Shown here piece by piece: positions 9,734 to 21,291 of a stretch of DNA of 64,000 bases. The stretch covers positions 960,001 to 1,024,000 of the forward strand of contig CAVPIW010000006.1 in assembly GCA_963705105.1 (NCBI GenBank), in the 5' to 3' direction. The notes under the pieces are model-generated. The model had not been told where the DNA came from and searched no databases. It worked only from the letters and a program-made list of their open reading frames with translations. Each line of letters begins with the position of its first letter. Position 1 is the stretch's first letter. The stretch is from an uncultured Nitrospiraceae bacterium. GTDB taxonomy: Bacteria > Nitrospirota > Thermodesulfovibrionia > Thermodesulfovibrionales > Dissulfurispiraceae. The position numbers and the translations under genes are program-made.

Positions 9734-11115
9734 GGCTGACCGTCATCGGCGCCGGCCCGGGCGGGTACGTTGCCGCCCTGAAAGCGGCCCAGCTCGGAGC
9801 TGCCGTGACGGTCGTCGAGACCTATGAAGTCGGCGGCACCTGCCTGAACTGGGGATGCATCCCGACGAAGTCCCTCGTCTCCTCCGCCGAAGCCTTCCAC
9901 ACCGTCAAGAGGGCGGGAGACTTCGGCATCGATCTGTCGGGCACGGCCGCGCCGAACATGACGAAGATCATGGAACGAAAAGGCAAAGTCGTCTCGACGA
10001 TGATCAAGGGCATCCGCTCCCTCTTCAAGAGCTGGGGAGTGACGCTGATCGAGGGCAGAGGGACTCTCAGAAGCCCCCGGGAGGTGACTGTCACCCGGCC
10101 GGACGGCTCCACGGAGACGATAGGCTCCGACGCCGTCATCATCGCAACGGGATCAAAGCCTGCCGCATTGCCCCTCTTCCCCTTCGACGGGGACCGCATC
10201 CTGTCCAGTGACGACGCCGTGAATCTGCCTGCACTGCCGAAGAGCATCATCATGATCGGCGGCGGCGTCATCGGCTGCGAGTTCGCCTGCATCTTCCAGG
10301 AACTCGGCTCCGACGTCTCCGTCATCGAGGCGCTCCCCCGCATCCTCGCGACGGAGGACCCCGCGGTCTCCGAGCTCATGGAGCGCGAATTCAAGAAACG
10401 GAAGATCTCCGTCTTTGCTTCCGCAACAGTGGAAAAGGTGACCAGGTCTGATGAGGATGTGAGGGTCATCCTCGCGGGAGGACGGGAACTCGCAGCCGAG
10501 AAACTCCTCGTCTCCGTGGGCCGGACCTTCAATACCGACGGCATCGGCGCCGACGAGATCGGTATTCAGAGGGGAACAAAAGGGGAGATCAGTGTGAACA
10601 GCCGCATGGAGACTGACGTCGCAGGAGTGTACGCCGTCGGCGATATTACCGGCGGGATGCTCCTCGCCCACAAGGCATCGAGGGAGGGCGTCGTCGCCGC
10701 GTATAATGCCTGCGGCATACCGAAGGAGATGCAGTACGACGTCATTCCCGCCGCGATTTTCACGTCGCCGGAGATCGGCTCCGTCGGCCTGCGGGAGCAT
10801 CATGCCGCGGAACGGGGGATAGCGGTCAGGACGGGCAATTTCCAGTACCGGACCCTAGGCAGGGCCCATGCCATGGGAGAGATCACAGGCTTTTTCAAGA
10901 TCGTCGCCGACGCCCGATCCGACCGTGTCCTGGGTGTGCACATTGTCGGCCCCCATGCCTCGGACATCGTTCACGAGGGGGCCCTCGCCATCAAGACAGG
11001 ATTGACGGTCCGCCAGGTCGCCGACCTCGTCCATGCCCATCCGACCCTTTCGGAGGGGTTCATGGAGTGCGCCGACGACGCCCTCGGCGGGGCCATCCAC
11101 GCATTGAAACGATGA
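9730..11115 (+). CDS. lpdA: Dihydrolipoamide dehydrogenase
   Basis: GAGPGG, GGTCLNWGCIPTK and HAHPTLSE. Confidence 0.95.
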   Translation: MRLTVIGAGPGGYVAALKAAQLGAAVTVVETYEVGGTCLNWGCIPTKSLVSSAEAFHTVKRAGDFGIDLSGTAAPNMTKIMERKGKVVSTMIKGIRSLFKSWGVTLIEGRGTLRSPREVTVTRPDGSTETIGSDAVIIATGSKPAALPLFPFDGDRILSSDDAVNLPALPKSIIMIGGGVIGCEFACIFQELGSDVSVIEALPRILATEDPAVSELMEREFKKRKISVFASATVEKVTRSDEDVRVILAGGRELAAEKLLVSVGRTFNTDGIGADEIGIQRGTKGEISVNSRMETDVAGVYAVGDITGGMLLAHKASREGVVAAYNACGIPKEMQYDVIPAAIFTSPEIGSVGLREHHAAERGIAVRTGNFQYRTLGRAHAMGEITGFFKIVADARSDRVLGVHIVGPHASDIVHEGALAIKTGLTVRQVADLVHAHPTLSEGFMECADDALGGAIHALKR

Positions 11116-11155
11116 ACAGGGCAGCTCGCTCTGAAATCTACTGAAAAAGAGGTAA

Positions 11156-12439
<1,284 letters not shown>

Positions 12440-12645
12440 CCTTATCGCTGCAATACAGTCCCGGAAAGGCGGGGCCGGGGTGAATGCGCCGAAAACCTTG
12501 CTGCGGCGACACCTGTAACGTGACGGAAGGCGAGGCATACGCCGATGTCAGGAGAACTGGACATCTTTTCCGACACTGACACTCACACTGACACTGACAC
12601 TTTTTTCAGAGCGCTTCGCCTCGGCTTCGCTCTGCAACTGGTAGG
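12440..12645 (+). mobile_element. MITE, family A subfamily 2 (carries CTGACA hexamer repeats)
   Basis: Ends CCTTATCGCTGCA...TGCAACTGGTAGG; flanked by direct ATAA (12436-39 and 12646-49); homologous to the element starting at 42939. Confidence 0.8.
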
Positions 12646-12651
12646 ATAAAC

Positions 12652-13008
12652 GTGGCTCTTAGGAACGCAAGAACGTCGGGAGGACCAGGAACGCTCCGGC
12701 AAATCACTGCCGTCGAAACGAAGCGGCGGGTCCTCCTGTTTTCCTGCCTCATCCTCGTCATCCTCGGCTACTTCATGGTGCATCTCATCTTCGGCAACAA
12801 GGGCCTGATCAAATACCAGCATCTCCAGAGGACGAAGCAGACCCTCGAACAGGAAATCACGGCCATGGAGAAGGAAAACAAAATCCTGAGGGAGAAGACG
12901 AAGCAGATCGAGCAGGACCCGTACTACATCGAGAAACACGCCCGGGAGGAATTCAACATGTCCAAGCCGGGCGAATACATCTTCCAGTTCCAGGAAAATG
13001 ACAAGTAG
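12652..13008 (+). CDS. ftsB: Septum formation initiator FtsB/DivIC
   Basis: TM helix, GNKG, coiled coil, IEKHAREEFNMSKPGE; follows eno. Confidence 0.85.
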   Translation: MALRNARTSGGPGTLRQITAVETKRRVLLFSCLILVILGYFMVHLIFGNKGLIKYQHLQRTKQTLEQEITAMEKENKILREKTKQIEQDPYYIEKHAREEFNMSKPGEYIFQFQENDK

Positions 13009-15214
13009 GCCCCTTCGTATCGTCTTTCTCTGGCACATGCATCAGCCCAACTACAAGGACCCCCTGACGGGCGTTTTCCGGCTGCCCTGGGTGCGCCTTC
13101 ACGGGGTGAAGGACTACCTCGACATGGTCGAGATACTGGACGACTTCCCCGCTATCCACCAGACCTTCAACCTCGTCCCTTCCCTGCTCGCCCAGCTCAC
13201 CGATTACCTCGACAACAGCGCCAGTGACCGGTACCTCGACCTGACGCTGAAAAACCCGTCGGACATGACGGAAGGCGAGAAGCTCTTCGTCGTCGAGAAT
13301 TTCTTCCTTGCAAACTGGGACAACCTGATCAAGCCTTTCCCCCGGTACTATGAGCTCCTCACGAAACGGGGCTTCCGGTTCACCAAGGCCGACGTCAAGA
13401 GGGTGACGAAGTACTTCACGAACGAAGACGTGCGCGACCTCCAGGTCCTCTTCAACCTCAGCTGGATCGACCCCATGTACCGCAACGCCGATCCGTTCCT
13501 GACGGAGCTCGCCGCCAAGGGAAAGGATTACACGGAAGAGGAAAAAGAGATCCTCATCGCGAAACAGTTCGAGTTGCTCAGGCGGATCATTCCCGCCTAC
13601 AAGAGCGCCAGGGACAGGGGGCAGATCGAGATCTCGGTAACGCCTTTCTATCACCCTATCCTGCCCCTCCTCTGGGACACGGAATCAGCCAGGATGTCCA
13701 TGCCCCAGGTCCGCCTGCCCCGGCAGAGGTTCCGGCACCCCGAGGACGCCACTGCCCAGATCAGGATGGGCATCGAGTATTTTGAGAAACTGTTCGGATT
13801 CAGGGCCCAGGGCATGTGGCCGTCGGAAGGGTCCGTCAGCGAGGATGTTCTCCATGCGATCGCCGCAGAGGGCATCACATGGGTGGCGACGGATGAGGAG
13901 ATCCTCGCCCGGTCCATCGGGTGGCCCCTGAGAAGCCCCGAGGGGTATCCCACGGAGCCGGCGATGCTTTACAGGCCCTACGAGTACGGGGGCGTCTCCA
14001 TATTCTTCAGGGACCACAAACTCTCCGATCTCATCGGTTTTGTCTATTCGGGATGGGACGCCGGGCGGGCCGTCGACGACTTCATGGCGAAGCTCCTGGC
14101 CGTGCGTCACAGCCTGCCGGGAGACAGGGACTTCGTCGTCCCGATCATCCTCGACGGGGAGAACGCCTGGGAGTATTACCGGAATGACGGTCATGACTTT
14201 CTCCGCGGCCTCTACCACGCCCTTAGCAACGACGACAGGTTCAGGACCGTCACGTGCTCGGAGTTCCTGCGGGAGTCGGCGGCCGATCACCTCCACCGGC
14301 TCCATACGGGCTCATGGATAAACGGGAATTTCGGCATCTGGATCGGCCATGAAGAAGACAACCTCGCCTGGGATTACCTGTCCATGACGAGGGACGACCT
14401 GGCGGCCTTTCAGGCGGCAAACCCCGGCCTCGACCTCTCGGAGGCCTGGGATGCGCTCTACGCGGCCGAGGGAAGCGACTGGAACTGGTGGTACGGCGAC
14501 GATCACGCGACGGAGACCCAGGAAGACTTCGACGAGCTCTTCCGTGGATACCTGATGAAGGTCTACAAGGTCATGAACAGGGACATTCCCTATCAGCTCC
14601 ACATTCCGATCCTGATCGAGGACCGCAGCGTCGTGCCGTCCACGTTGATCCGCGGATTCATTCGCCCGAAGATCGACGGCTTCGTGACGAGCTATTTCGA
14701 GTGGCACCAGGCGGCTTCGCTGGACATGAAAAGGTCCGGCGGGAGCATGCACAAATCGGAGAGCCTCATATCGGCCCTTTATTTCGGCTTCGACAAGGAC
14801 ACGCTTTATCTGCGCGCCGACCCGGCCACTCCTTTCAGTGAGATGAAGGAGCGCATCATGGTCAACATCAATCTTGTCGTCGGCAGCACCTTCAGGGTCG
14901 TCTGCAACCTGATGAGCAAACCGCCCGCAGCACTGCTCTTCGAGAAAAAGGGCGAGGAGTGGTCGGCCGGCACGACCGTCCCTGATGTCGCCGCCGAAGA
15001 TGTCTTCGAGATCGCTATTCCCTTCTCGATGGTCAGGGGAAACGTAAATGATGAGATACATCTCTCTCTCGACGTCATCCGCAACGGCGAGGAGATGATG
15101 TCGCCCCGCGAACAGGCTCTGAAAGGCGTGGAGTCCGTCGACCGCTGTCCCTGGAGGGGATACATCACCATCACCGTCCCCTCACCCGATTACGAGATCC
15201 TCATGTGGTATTAG
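12998..15214 (+). CDS. GH57 amylopullulanase/glycoside hydrolase
   Basis: WHMHQP, HPILPLL, GMWPSEG, ILDGENAWE and AEGSDWNWW. Confidence 0.92.
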   Translation: MTSRPLRIVFLWHMHQPNYKDPLTGVFRLPWVRLHGVKDYLDMVEILDDFPAIHQTFNLVPSLLAQLTDYLDNSASDRYLDLTLKNPSDMTEGEKLFVVENFFLANWDNLIKPFPRYYELLTKRGFRFTKADVKRVTKYFTNEDVRDLQVLFNLSWIDPMYRNADPFLTELAAKGKDYTEEEKEILIAKQFELLRRIIPAYKSARDRGQIEISVTPFYHPILPLLWDTESARMSMPQVRLPRQRFRHPEDATAQIRMGIEYFEKLFGFRAQGMWPSEGSVSEDVLHAIAAEGITWVATDEEILARSIGWPLRSPEGYPTEPAMLYRPYEYGGVSIFFRDHKLSDLIGFVYSGWDAGRAVDDFMAKLLAVRHSLPGDRDFVVPIILDGENAWEYYRNDGHDFLRGLYHALSNDDRFRTVTCSEFLRESAADHLHRLHTGSWINGNFGIWIGHEEDNLAWDYLSMTRDDLAAFQAANPGLDLSEAWDALYAAEGSDWNWWYGDDHATETQEDFDELFRGYLMKVYKVMNRDIPYQLHIPILIEDRSVVPSTLIRGFIRPKIDGFVTSYFEWHQAASLDMKRSGGSMHKSESLISALYFGFDKDTLYLRADPATPFSEMKERIMVNINLVVGSTFRVVCNLMSKPPAALLFEKKGEEWSAGTTVPDVAAEDVFEIAIPFSMVRGNVNDEIHLSLDVIRNGEEMMSPREQALKGVESVDRCPWRGYITITVPSPDYEILMWY

Positions 15215-15610
15215 CCTTACAGTTGAATGAAAAGGCGGGGCGAAGCGCTCTGAAAAAACAGTGTCAGTGTCAGTGTCAGTGAAAGGAATAATTCTTATAT
15301 GTACGCTGCCTCCGGGAAGGCAGATATGGTTCAAAGCCTTTCCAATGCGATGATGAGACATCTCGAGGTGTTCAGCGCCTGTTGGCTGACGGGCATTCGG
15401 TATCAATCGACACGGCAAAGGGTGGTCCGGTGACGAATAAGGTATCTTAGCGGAAAGGCTTTTCACCACATCAGACTTCCCGTCGTGACGCACGTGGTTT
15501 TGTGTCCATTGTCGAGTGTCGTTCTATGACTTAGTGACTCAATGACTTAATGACTCTTGCGGTGGCATCTTCGCTCCGCCTTTCCGGTTAAGTCTTACGC
15601 AACGGTTAAC
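15215..15610 (-). mobile_element. Composite MITE, family A subfamily 3 (A-type ends, about 180-bp palindromic core, hexamer and octamer repeats)
   Basis: Inverted homolog of 24210-24575; core 15309-15487 has arms AAAGCCTTTCC/GGAAAGGCTTT; right boundary approximate. Confidence 0.7.
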
Positions 15611-15663
15611 GTGACAGTATTTGCGACAGTGTCTGTGTCTGAAGAAAAAATAGGGAGGGTGCG

Positions 15664-16131
15664 ATGAAGGTCAAGGATTTGATGATCCCGCTGTCTGAAT
15701 GTCCCCATGTGGCGGAGGACAGGAGTCTTCAGGCAGCCATCATAATGCTCTCGGCATTCCGGCGGAGACTCAGGGATTCCGACTACCCGCCCCGCTTCGT
15801 GCTGGTCACGGACTCACAATACCGGGTCGTGGGTGTCCTGCGGCACCTCGAGATACTGAGGGGCCTTGCCCGTGCCGCCGGGGGCGGCGCGTCTCATGCC
15901 GAACTGATAGCGCTCGCACCCCGCGTCACGGCGAGGGAAGCGATGACCGTCTACAGCGAGTCGGAACATGTCGATGCCTCCGCATCCCTGGAGGAAGCCG
16001 TCGAACAGATGCTCAGCGGCTCTTTCCGTCACCTCCTCGTCGATGAAGGCGGCACGACGATCGGTATCCTCAGGCTGTCCGAGGTCTTCGCAAGGATCTG
16101 CAGGGATATCGGGAGGACCGCGAAGGAATAG
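15664..16131 (+). CDS. CBS-domain protein
   Basis: MKVKDLMIP start and two CBS-like repeats; GGGAGG RBS. Confidence 0.8.
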   Translation: MKVKDLMIPLSECPHVAEDRSLQAAIIMLSAFRRRLRDSDYPPRFVLVTDSQYRVVGVLRHLEILRGLARAAGGGASHAELIALAPRVTAREAMTVYSESEHVDASASLEEAVEQMLSGSFRHLLVDEGGTTIGILRLSEVFARICRDIGRTAKE

Positions 16132-16203
16132 CCGGCGGGTGCATCATCAGGATAGTGACAGCGAGGTGATTTCCCGAACCAAAGAAAGAGGAGGACGGAC
16201 ACG

Positions 16204-17755
16204 ATGGCTGAAGAGAAAATCGCCGAGATAAGGGAAACGCTGTCCGAGCGGGAAGAAGCCTTCGAAAAATGGAGAAACACCATCGGCCTCTTTCTCGGAC
16301 CGCTGTTGGCGATCGTCGTGTACTCTCTGGACATGCCCGCCCTGAGCCCCAAGGCGCACATTCTCGCTGCGGTCCTTGCCTGGACGGTCGTGTGGTGGAT
16401 CTGCGAACCCGTTCCCCTGGCAATGACGGCCCTGGGAAGTTCGGTGCTCTGTGTCGTCCTCGGTGTTGAAGGCGCGAAGAAGGTCTTCGCACCCTATGCC
16501 GATCCGATCATTTTTCTATTTCTCGGCAGCTTCATCCTTGCCGAGGCAATGGCCCTCCACGGGCTCGACAAGCGTTTCGCCTATGGGATCATGTCGATGA
16601 AGACCGTCGGCAACAGCACGGGCCGCATCCTCGGCGCCTTCGGCTTCATCTGCGCCTTTCTTTCCATGTGGATCAGCAACACCGCCGCCACGGCGATGAT
16701 GTTTCCCATCGCCCTCGGCATCGTCTACGCGATGGCGGACATCATGGCGAAACAGAAAGGCATGGACGTCGATCCGCTCAAACTTCGCTTCGGCACGGGC
16801 ATGATGCTCATGGCCGCCTACGCCGCCTCGGCGGGCGGCATCGCCACGCCCGTGGGAACGCCGCCGAACCTGATCGGCATCGCCCTGATCGAGAAGACCC
16901 TGGGGCTGAAGATCGCCTTTTTCCACTGGATGTCCTTTGCGGTGCCCCTGCTCTTCTTTCTCTTCGCGCTCCTCTACTTCCTCATGTATTACCTGCACAA
17001 ACCTGAACTTTCCCGTGTGGAGGGCGGCACCCAGTATGTCTCCCTCGAGCGGGCGAGACTTGGCAAATGGACAAGGGGCCAGAAGAACGCCCTCCTCTGC
17101 TTCCTCGTGACGGTCACGCTCTGGCTGATCCCCGGCTTCCTCGCCGTCCTGTACGGCGAAGGTTCGCCGGCTGCAAAGGAATACAGCAGGGTCATGCCCG
17201 AAGGGGTCGCCGCCCTGATCGGCGCGCTGCTCCTCTTCCTGCTCCCGACGGACTGGAGAAAGACGGGAGTTCACGATCACCTGGAAGCAGGCGACCAAAA
17301 TCGACTGGGGCACCCTCCTGCTCTTCGGCGGCGGCATAACGCTTGGCTCACTTATGTTCGAGACGAAGCTGGCCGACGTGATCGGCAGGAACCTGCTCCA
17401 GCTCAGCGGTGCGTCGACCACGTGGGGCATCACCTTCGGTGCAATCTTCATAGCGATCCTGGTGAGTGAGACCTCATCGAACACCGCGTCGGCCAACATG
17501 GTCGTGCCGGTGATGATCGCGCTTGCGCAGGCCGCGGGCGTCGATCCTGTGCCGCCGGCCATCGGCGCCACCCTCGGGGCGAGCTGGGGCTTCATGCTGC
17601 CCGTCTCGACGCCTCCCAACGCAATCGTCTACGGATCAGGGATGGTGCCGATCACGAAGATGATCAGGGCGGGCGTCTTCTTCGACATCCTCGGCGGCCT
17701 GGTCATCTGGGCCGGGCTTTACGTGCTTCTGCCGCTCGTGGGTCTCGCCAAATAG
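16204..17755 (+). pseudogene. DASS/SLC13 sodium:dicarboxylate or sulfate symporter, frameshifted near 17260
   Basis: SMWISNTAAT and TPVGTPPN in the first frame; IDWGTLLLFGGG, SNTASAN and PVSTPPNAI continue in a shifted frame. Confidence 0.85.
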
Positions 17756-17761
17756 CGTTTC

Positions 17762-17815
17762 CCTTATCGGTGCACACGTCTCTCCGGAAAGGCGGGGTGT
17801 ATTGCAGCGACAAGG
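17762..17815. repeat. 54-bp minimal family-A derivative between convergent genes
   Basis: CCTTATCGGTGCA...GGAAAGGCGGGG...TGCAGCGACAAGG, two A-type ends; no duplication visible. Confidence 0.6.
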
Positions 17816-17924
17816 TTGATTCCCGATACGGCGCAACAGTTCCCGGAAGAACATCGTAGCCATAAGGAGGACTGTCCTCGTTTCAGATCATGCCGGTCAG
17901 CGATGATCCGGTAACCGGGACCTC

Positions 17925-18302
17925 TTACTCATACTCCTCCAGGTCCTCCTCGGACATGCCGAAGTAGTGGCCCACCTCGTGGACGACGGTCTTCCTGACC
18001 TCCTCGACAAGCTCTTCCTCGGTGTTGCAGATTGCCTGGAGGTTCCGCTGAAAGAGGACGATTTCATCGGGAAAGGGCGGGGGGATGTCGAGAAATCCGC
18101 CCTTGTGCGGATAGGACACGCCGGCGAAGAGCCCGAGGAGCTCGTCCCGGTGCGATCCCGTGCCTTCGGCATCCTCCCTCGACGGGTAGTCTTCGACGAT
18201 GACGCTCACGTTCGTCATGAGCCGCCGGAATTCATCGGGCAGCGATTCCAGGGCCCTGTCGACGAGCCTCTCGAAGCCGGCCCTGCTTACCCTGACAGGC
18301 AT
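17925..18302 (-). CDS. Zincin_1 family metallopeptidase-like protein
   Basis: LLGLFAG, IVLFQRN and TVVHEVGHYFG. Confidence 0.9.
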   Translation of the reverse strand: MPVRVSRAGFERLVDRALESLPDEFRRLMTNVSVIVEDYPSREDAEGTGSHRDELLGLFAGVSYPHKGGFLDIPPPFPDEIVLFQRNLQAICNTEEELVEEVRKTVVHEVGHYFGMSEEDLEEYE

Positions 18303-18308
18303 GGCGAC

Positions 18309-19940
18309 TCACAGCTCACAGAAGAAGTTCTGGATTTCCTTTGAGAAGGTCTCGTAGTTCACCGAATAGTCGATGGGGCACTCGATGACGACCACCTTTT
18401 TGAGAGAGAAGGCCTCCGCCAGGACACGGGAAAGATCATCGCCCTCGCCCACTGTCATGCCCACGGCGCCGTAACTCTCGGCGTACCGGGCGAAGTCCGG
18501 GTTGCCGTAATCGAGGCCGAAGTCCCGGAACCCCATGGCGCGCTGTTTCCACTTGATGAAACCGTACGCGTCATCGTTCAAAATGAGGACGACGATGGGA
18601 ATATTGCAGCGTAAAGCCGTCTCGATCTCCTGGGAGTTCATCATGAACCCGCCATCGCCAACGACGGCGAGGACCTTCCTCCCGGGGTTGAGCATCTTGG
18701 CGACGATGCCCGACGACAGACCGGCTCCCATGGTGGCGAGGGCGTTGTCGCAGAGGAACGTGTTCGGCTTATAGGTCCTGAAAAGGCGTGCGAACCAGAG
18801 TTTATAGATGCCGTTGTCGAGGGTGACGATGTCGTCTTCGCAGAGCACATTCCGTACATGCTGGACCACCTCTGCAGGACAGAGCGGGTACCTTTTCTCA
18901 TAGGACGGGGTGAGTTTTCTGTCAAGAAAATCACGTATCTTCGGGAAGTCGCCGCCTTCCTTCCTGGTCACCTTCCCGCCGAGTTGCTGCAGGGCGTGCG
19001 AGACGTCGCCGATCACCTCGACCTCGGGGTTGTAATACTTGTCCGTTTCGGCCTCGGTGAAATCGATGTTGATGATTTTCTTGTCCAGGTCTCTGTTCCA
19101 GAGAAAGGGCGGGTATTCGACGATGTTGTACCCCACGGTGATGATCAGGTCCGCCCTGTCCATGGCGCAGTTGATGTAGTCACGCCTATGGATGCCGGCG
19201 GCGAAGAGGCTGTATGCGGATTCGTCGCTCACGACCCCCTTCCCCATCTGCGTATGCACGACGTAAATACCTGTCTTGTCTATGAACTCCAGGAGACGTC
19301 TCGTGATGAGTTTTCTGTTCGCCCCTGAGGAGAGGATGATCAGGGGGTGGCTTGCTCTGTTGATCAGGACGGCGGCTTGTTCGATCGCCCTGTGGTCCGG
19401 TCCCGCCCGGCGCACATACCCCTTTTTCTGGATACAGGCTTCCGTTTCGCTCGACGCGACGTCTTCAGGCAGTTCGATGTGAACGACGCCGGGCCGCTCC
19501 GCCTGGGAAAGCTTGAAGGCGTTCCTGACGACCGTCGGGATAGACCCCGGGTCGGCGATCGACAGGGACATCTTGGTGATGGGACGCATGAGGTTGACCA
19601 CATCGATGAGCTGAAACCGGGCCTGCCAGTTGTCCCTGAGGGCCTTCTGTCCCGAGATCGACACGACGGGGGCGCCGATGAGCTGCGCATGGGCGATCCC
19701 CGTGACCAGGTTCGTCGCGCCGGGACCGAGGGTCGAAAAACAGACGCCGGCCTTCCCGGTGAGCCGGCCGTACGTCGCAGCCATGAACGCGGCGGCCTGT
19801 TCGTGGCGGGTGACGATGACCCGTATGTCCGACCGGCGAAGGGACTCGAGGAGGTCGAGGGTCTCTTCGCCCGGCAGGCCGAAGACGTACCGCACGCCTT
19901 CCTCCTCCATCTGTTTTACAAAGAGGTCAGAGGCCTTCAT
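18309..19940 (-). CDS. Acetolactate synthase large subunit (ThDP enzyme)
   Basis: FGLPGEE, RHEQAAAFMA, TLGPGATN and GDGGFMMN. Confidence 0.92.
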   Translation of the reverse strand: MKASDLFVKQMEEEGVRYVFGLPGEETLDLLESLRRSDIRVIVTRHEQAAAFMAATYGRLTGKAGVCFSTLGPGATNLVTGIAHAQLIGAPVVSISGQKALRDNWQARFQLIDVVNLMRPITKMSLSIADPGSIPTVVRNAFKLSQAERPGVVHIELPEDVASSETEACIQKKGYVRRAGPDHRAIEQAAVLINRASHPLIILSSGANRKLITRRLLEFIDKTGIYVVHTQMGKGVVSDESAYSLFAAGIHRRDYINCAMDRADLIITVGYNIVEYPPFLWNRDLDKKIINIDFTEAETDKYYNPEVEVIGDVSHALQQLGGKVTRKEGGDFPKIRDFLDRKLTPSYEKRYPLCPAEVVQHVRNVLCEDDIVTLDNGIYKLWFARLFRTYKPNTFLCDNALATMGAGLSSGIVAKMLNPGRKVLAVVGDGGFMMNSQEIETALRCNIPIVVLILNDDAYGFIKWKQRAMGFRDFGLDYGNPDFARYAESYGAVGMTVGEGDDLSRVLAEAFSLKKVVVIECPIDYSVNYETFSKEIQNFFCEL

Positions 19941-19955
19941 AGTAATCCCTCCCCG

Positions 19956-20762
19956 TCAGAACTCGATCTCCTGCCCGAAGACGGCATTGATGATCTCCCT
20001 GCACGTTTCCTCCACGGACCTGTTCGTCGTGTCGATGACCTTCCATGTCCTGTTCTTTGCACAGAGGGCATGCACGAATTCCGACTCCTCGAAGATGCGC
20101 CTGACGTTCGTGTAGTTGCTGACGGTCTGATATTTCCGGATCCGGGCCATCCTGACCTTCTGGAGCACCTCGGGATCCATGGTGAGGCAGACGATCTTCT
20201 TCTGGTCCACTGCATAGAGCGCTCTCGGCAATGGCACCTCGGGGACGATGGGGATATTCACGACCCTGTATCCCTGCTGCGCCAGGAAGAGGGACGTGGG
20301 CGTCTTCGAAGTCCTTGAAAGGCCGACGATGATGACGTCGGCCGTGTCGAGCTTGTCCGTGCTCATGCCGTCGTCATGGGCCATGGTGAAATCGAGGGCC
20401 TCGATCATCCTGAAATAGCGCTCGCTGATCCTCCGGTAGAGATTGGGGTTTTCGACGGGTTTGAGGTCCAGGTAGTCGGACAGGATGTTGATCGGCAGGT
20501 TGAGGATGTTGAAAAAGGGGATCCGGTGTTTCACGCAGAACCCGACAATCTCCTCCCTGAACGCCTTCTTGGCGAGGGTGAAGGCGATGAGGCCGCCGTT
20601 TACCTGAGCATCTTTCAGGAAGGACCTCAGTTTCGCCTTCGTGTCGATCTTCGAAAAGACGTTAAACTTGACCTGCGGACTCTCGAACTGGGCGAGGGCC
20701 GCCCGCATAACGTCCATCGCCGTCTGTCCCGTGCCGTCCGATACGATGTAAATCCTCTGCAT
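19956..20762 (-). CDS. ppsR: PEP synthase/PPDK regulatory kinase-pyrophosphorylase (DUF299)
   Basis: VSDGTGQTA, HDDG and GLSRTSKTPTS. Confidence 0.9.
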   Translation of the reverse strand: MQRIYIVSDGTGQTAMDVMRAALAQFESPQVKFNVFSKIDTKAKLRSFLKDAQVNGGLIAFTLAKKAFREEIVGFCVKHRIPFFNILNLPINILSDYLDLKPVENPNLYRRISERYFRMIEALDFTMAHDDGMSTDKLDTADVIIVGLSRTSKTPTSLFLAQQGYRVVNIPIVPEVPLPRALYAVDQKKIVCLTMDPEVLQKVRMARIRKYQTVSNYTNVRRIFEESEFVHALCAKNRTWKVIDTTNRSVEETCREIINAVFGQEIEF

Positions 20763-20802
20763 GGTTTTATGCCCGTTTACCGGTATACAAAATAATCTGG
20801 GT

Positions 20803-21047
20803 TATTGGTGTCCAAAATAACGTGACACGAGGATTGGGCATGCCTTCTTCGCAAAATAAACTACCTCTCCTCATGTGTATCCCTCTGTTATGAAAACTTT
20901 TGCCTGCTCTGGTACACTGCGCGGCTCCCGCTTAGGCTGGCGCCTTCGACTCCCGCCGCCGTTCACGTTACCCGTGAATTTTGCTACAGAAACCACACCC
21001 AATCCTCGCTTTCAAGGTCTGTCTGTAAGATATTTTGGACAGGGGTG
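20803..21047. mobile_element. MITE family D, 245 bp, 9-bp TSD; carries the empty family-A target site
   Basis: TIR TGTCCAAAATA/TATTTTGGACA; AATCTGGGT duplicated at 20794-20802 and 21048-21056; inverted homolog at 53491-53951. Confidence 0.85.
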
Positions 21048-21078
21048 AATCTGGGTACGACGTTTCATGAAGGTACAA

Positions 21079-21291
21079 AATACTGCACTCCATTCACTGA
21101 CACTGACACTCGCACTCACACTGTCCTTACCTAATACTGCGCTCCATTCACTGACACTGACACTCGCACTCACACTGTCCTTACCTAATACTGCGCTCCA
21201 CTCACTGACACTGACACTCGCACTCACACTGTCCTTACCTAATACTGCGCTCCACTCACTGACACTGACACTCGCACTCACACTGTCCTTA
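21079..21291. repeat. Tandem repeat, about 4 x 54 bp, built on CACTGA-like hexamers
   Basis: Units start at 21079, 21133, 21187 and 21241; near-identical, no spacers. Confidence 0.95.

Noticed and set aside
20945..20960. TTCGACTCCCGCCGCC resembling a tRNA/tmRNA T-arm
   Set aside because: No CCA end or cloverleaf; it is internal to MITE family D.
21079..21291. CRISPR array
   Set aside because: Units are contiguous and near-identical with no unique spacers, and no cas genes are present.
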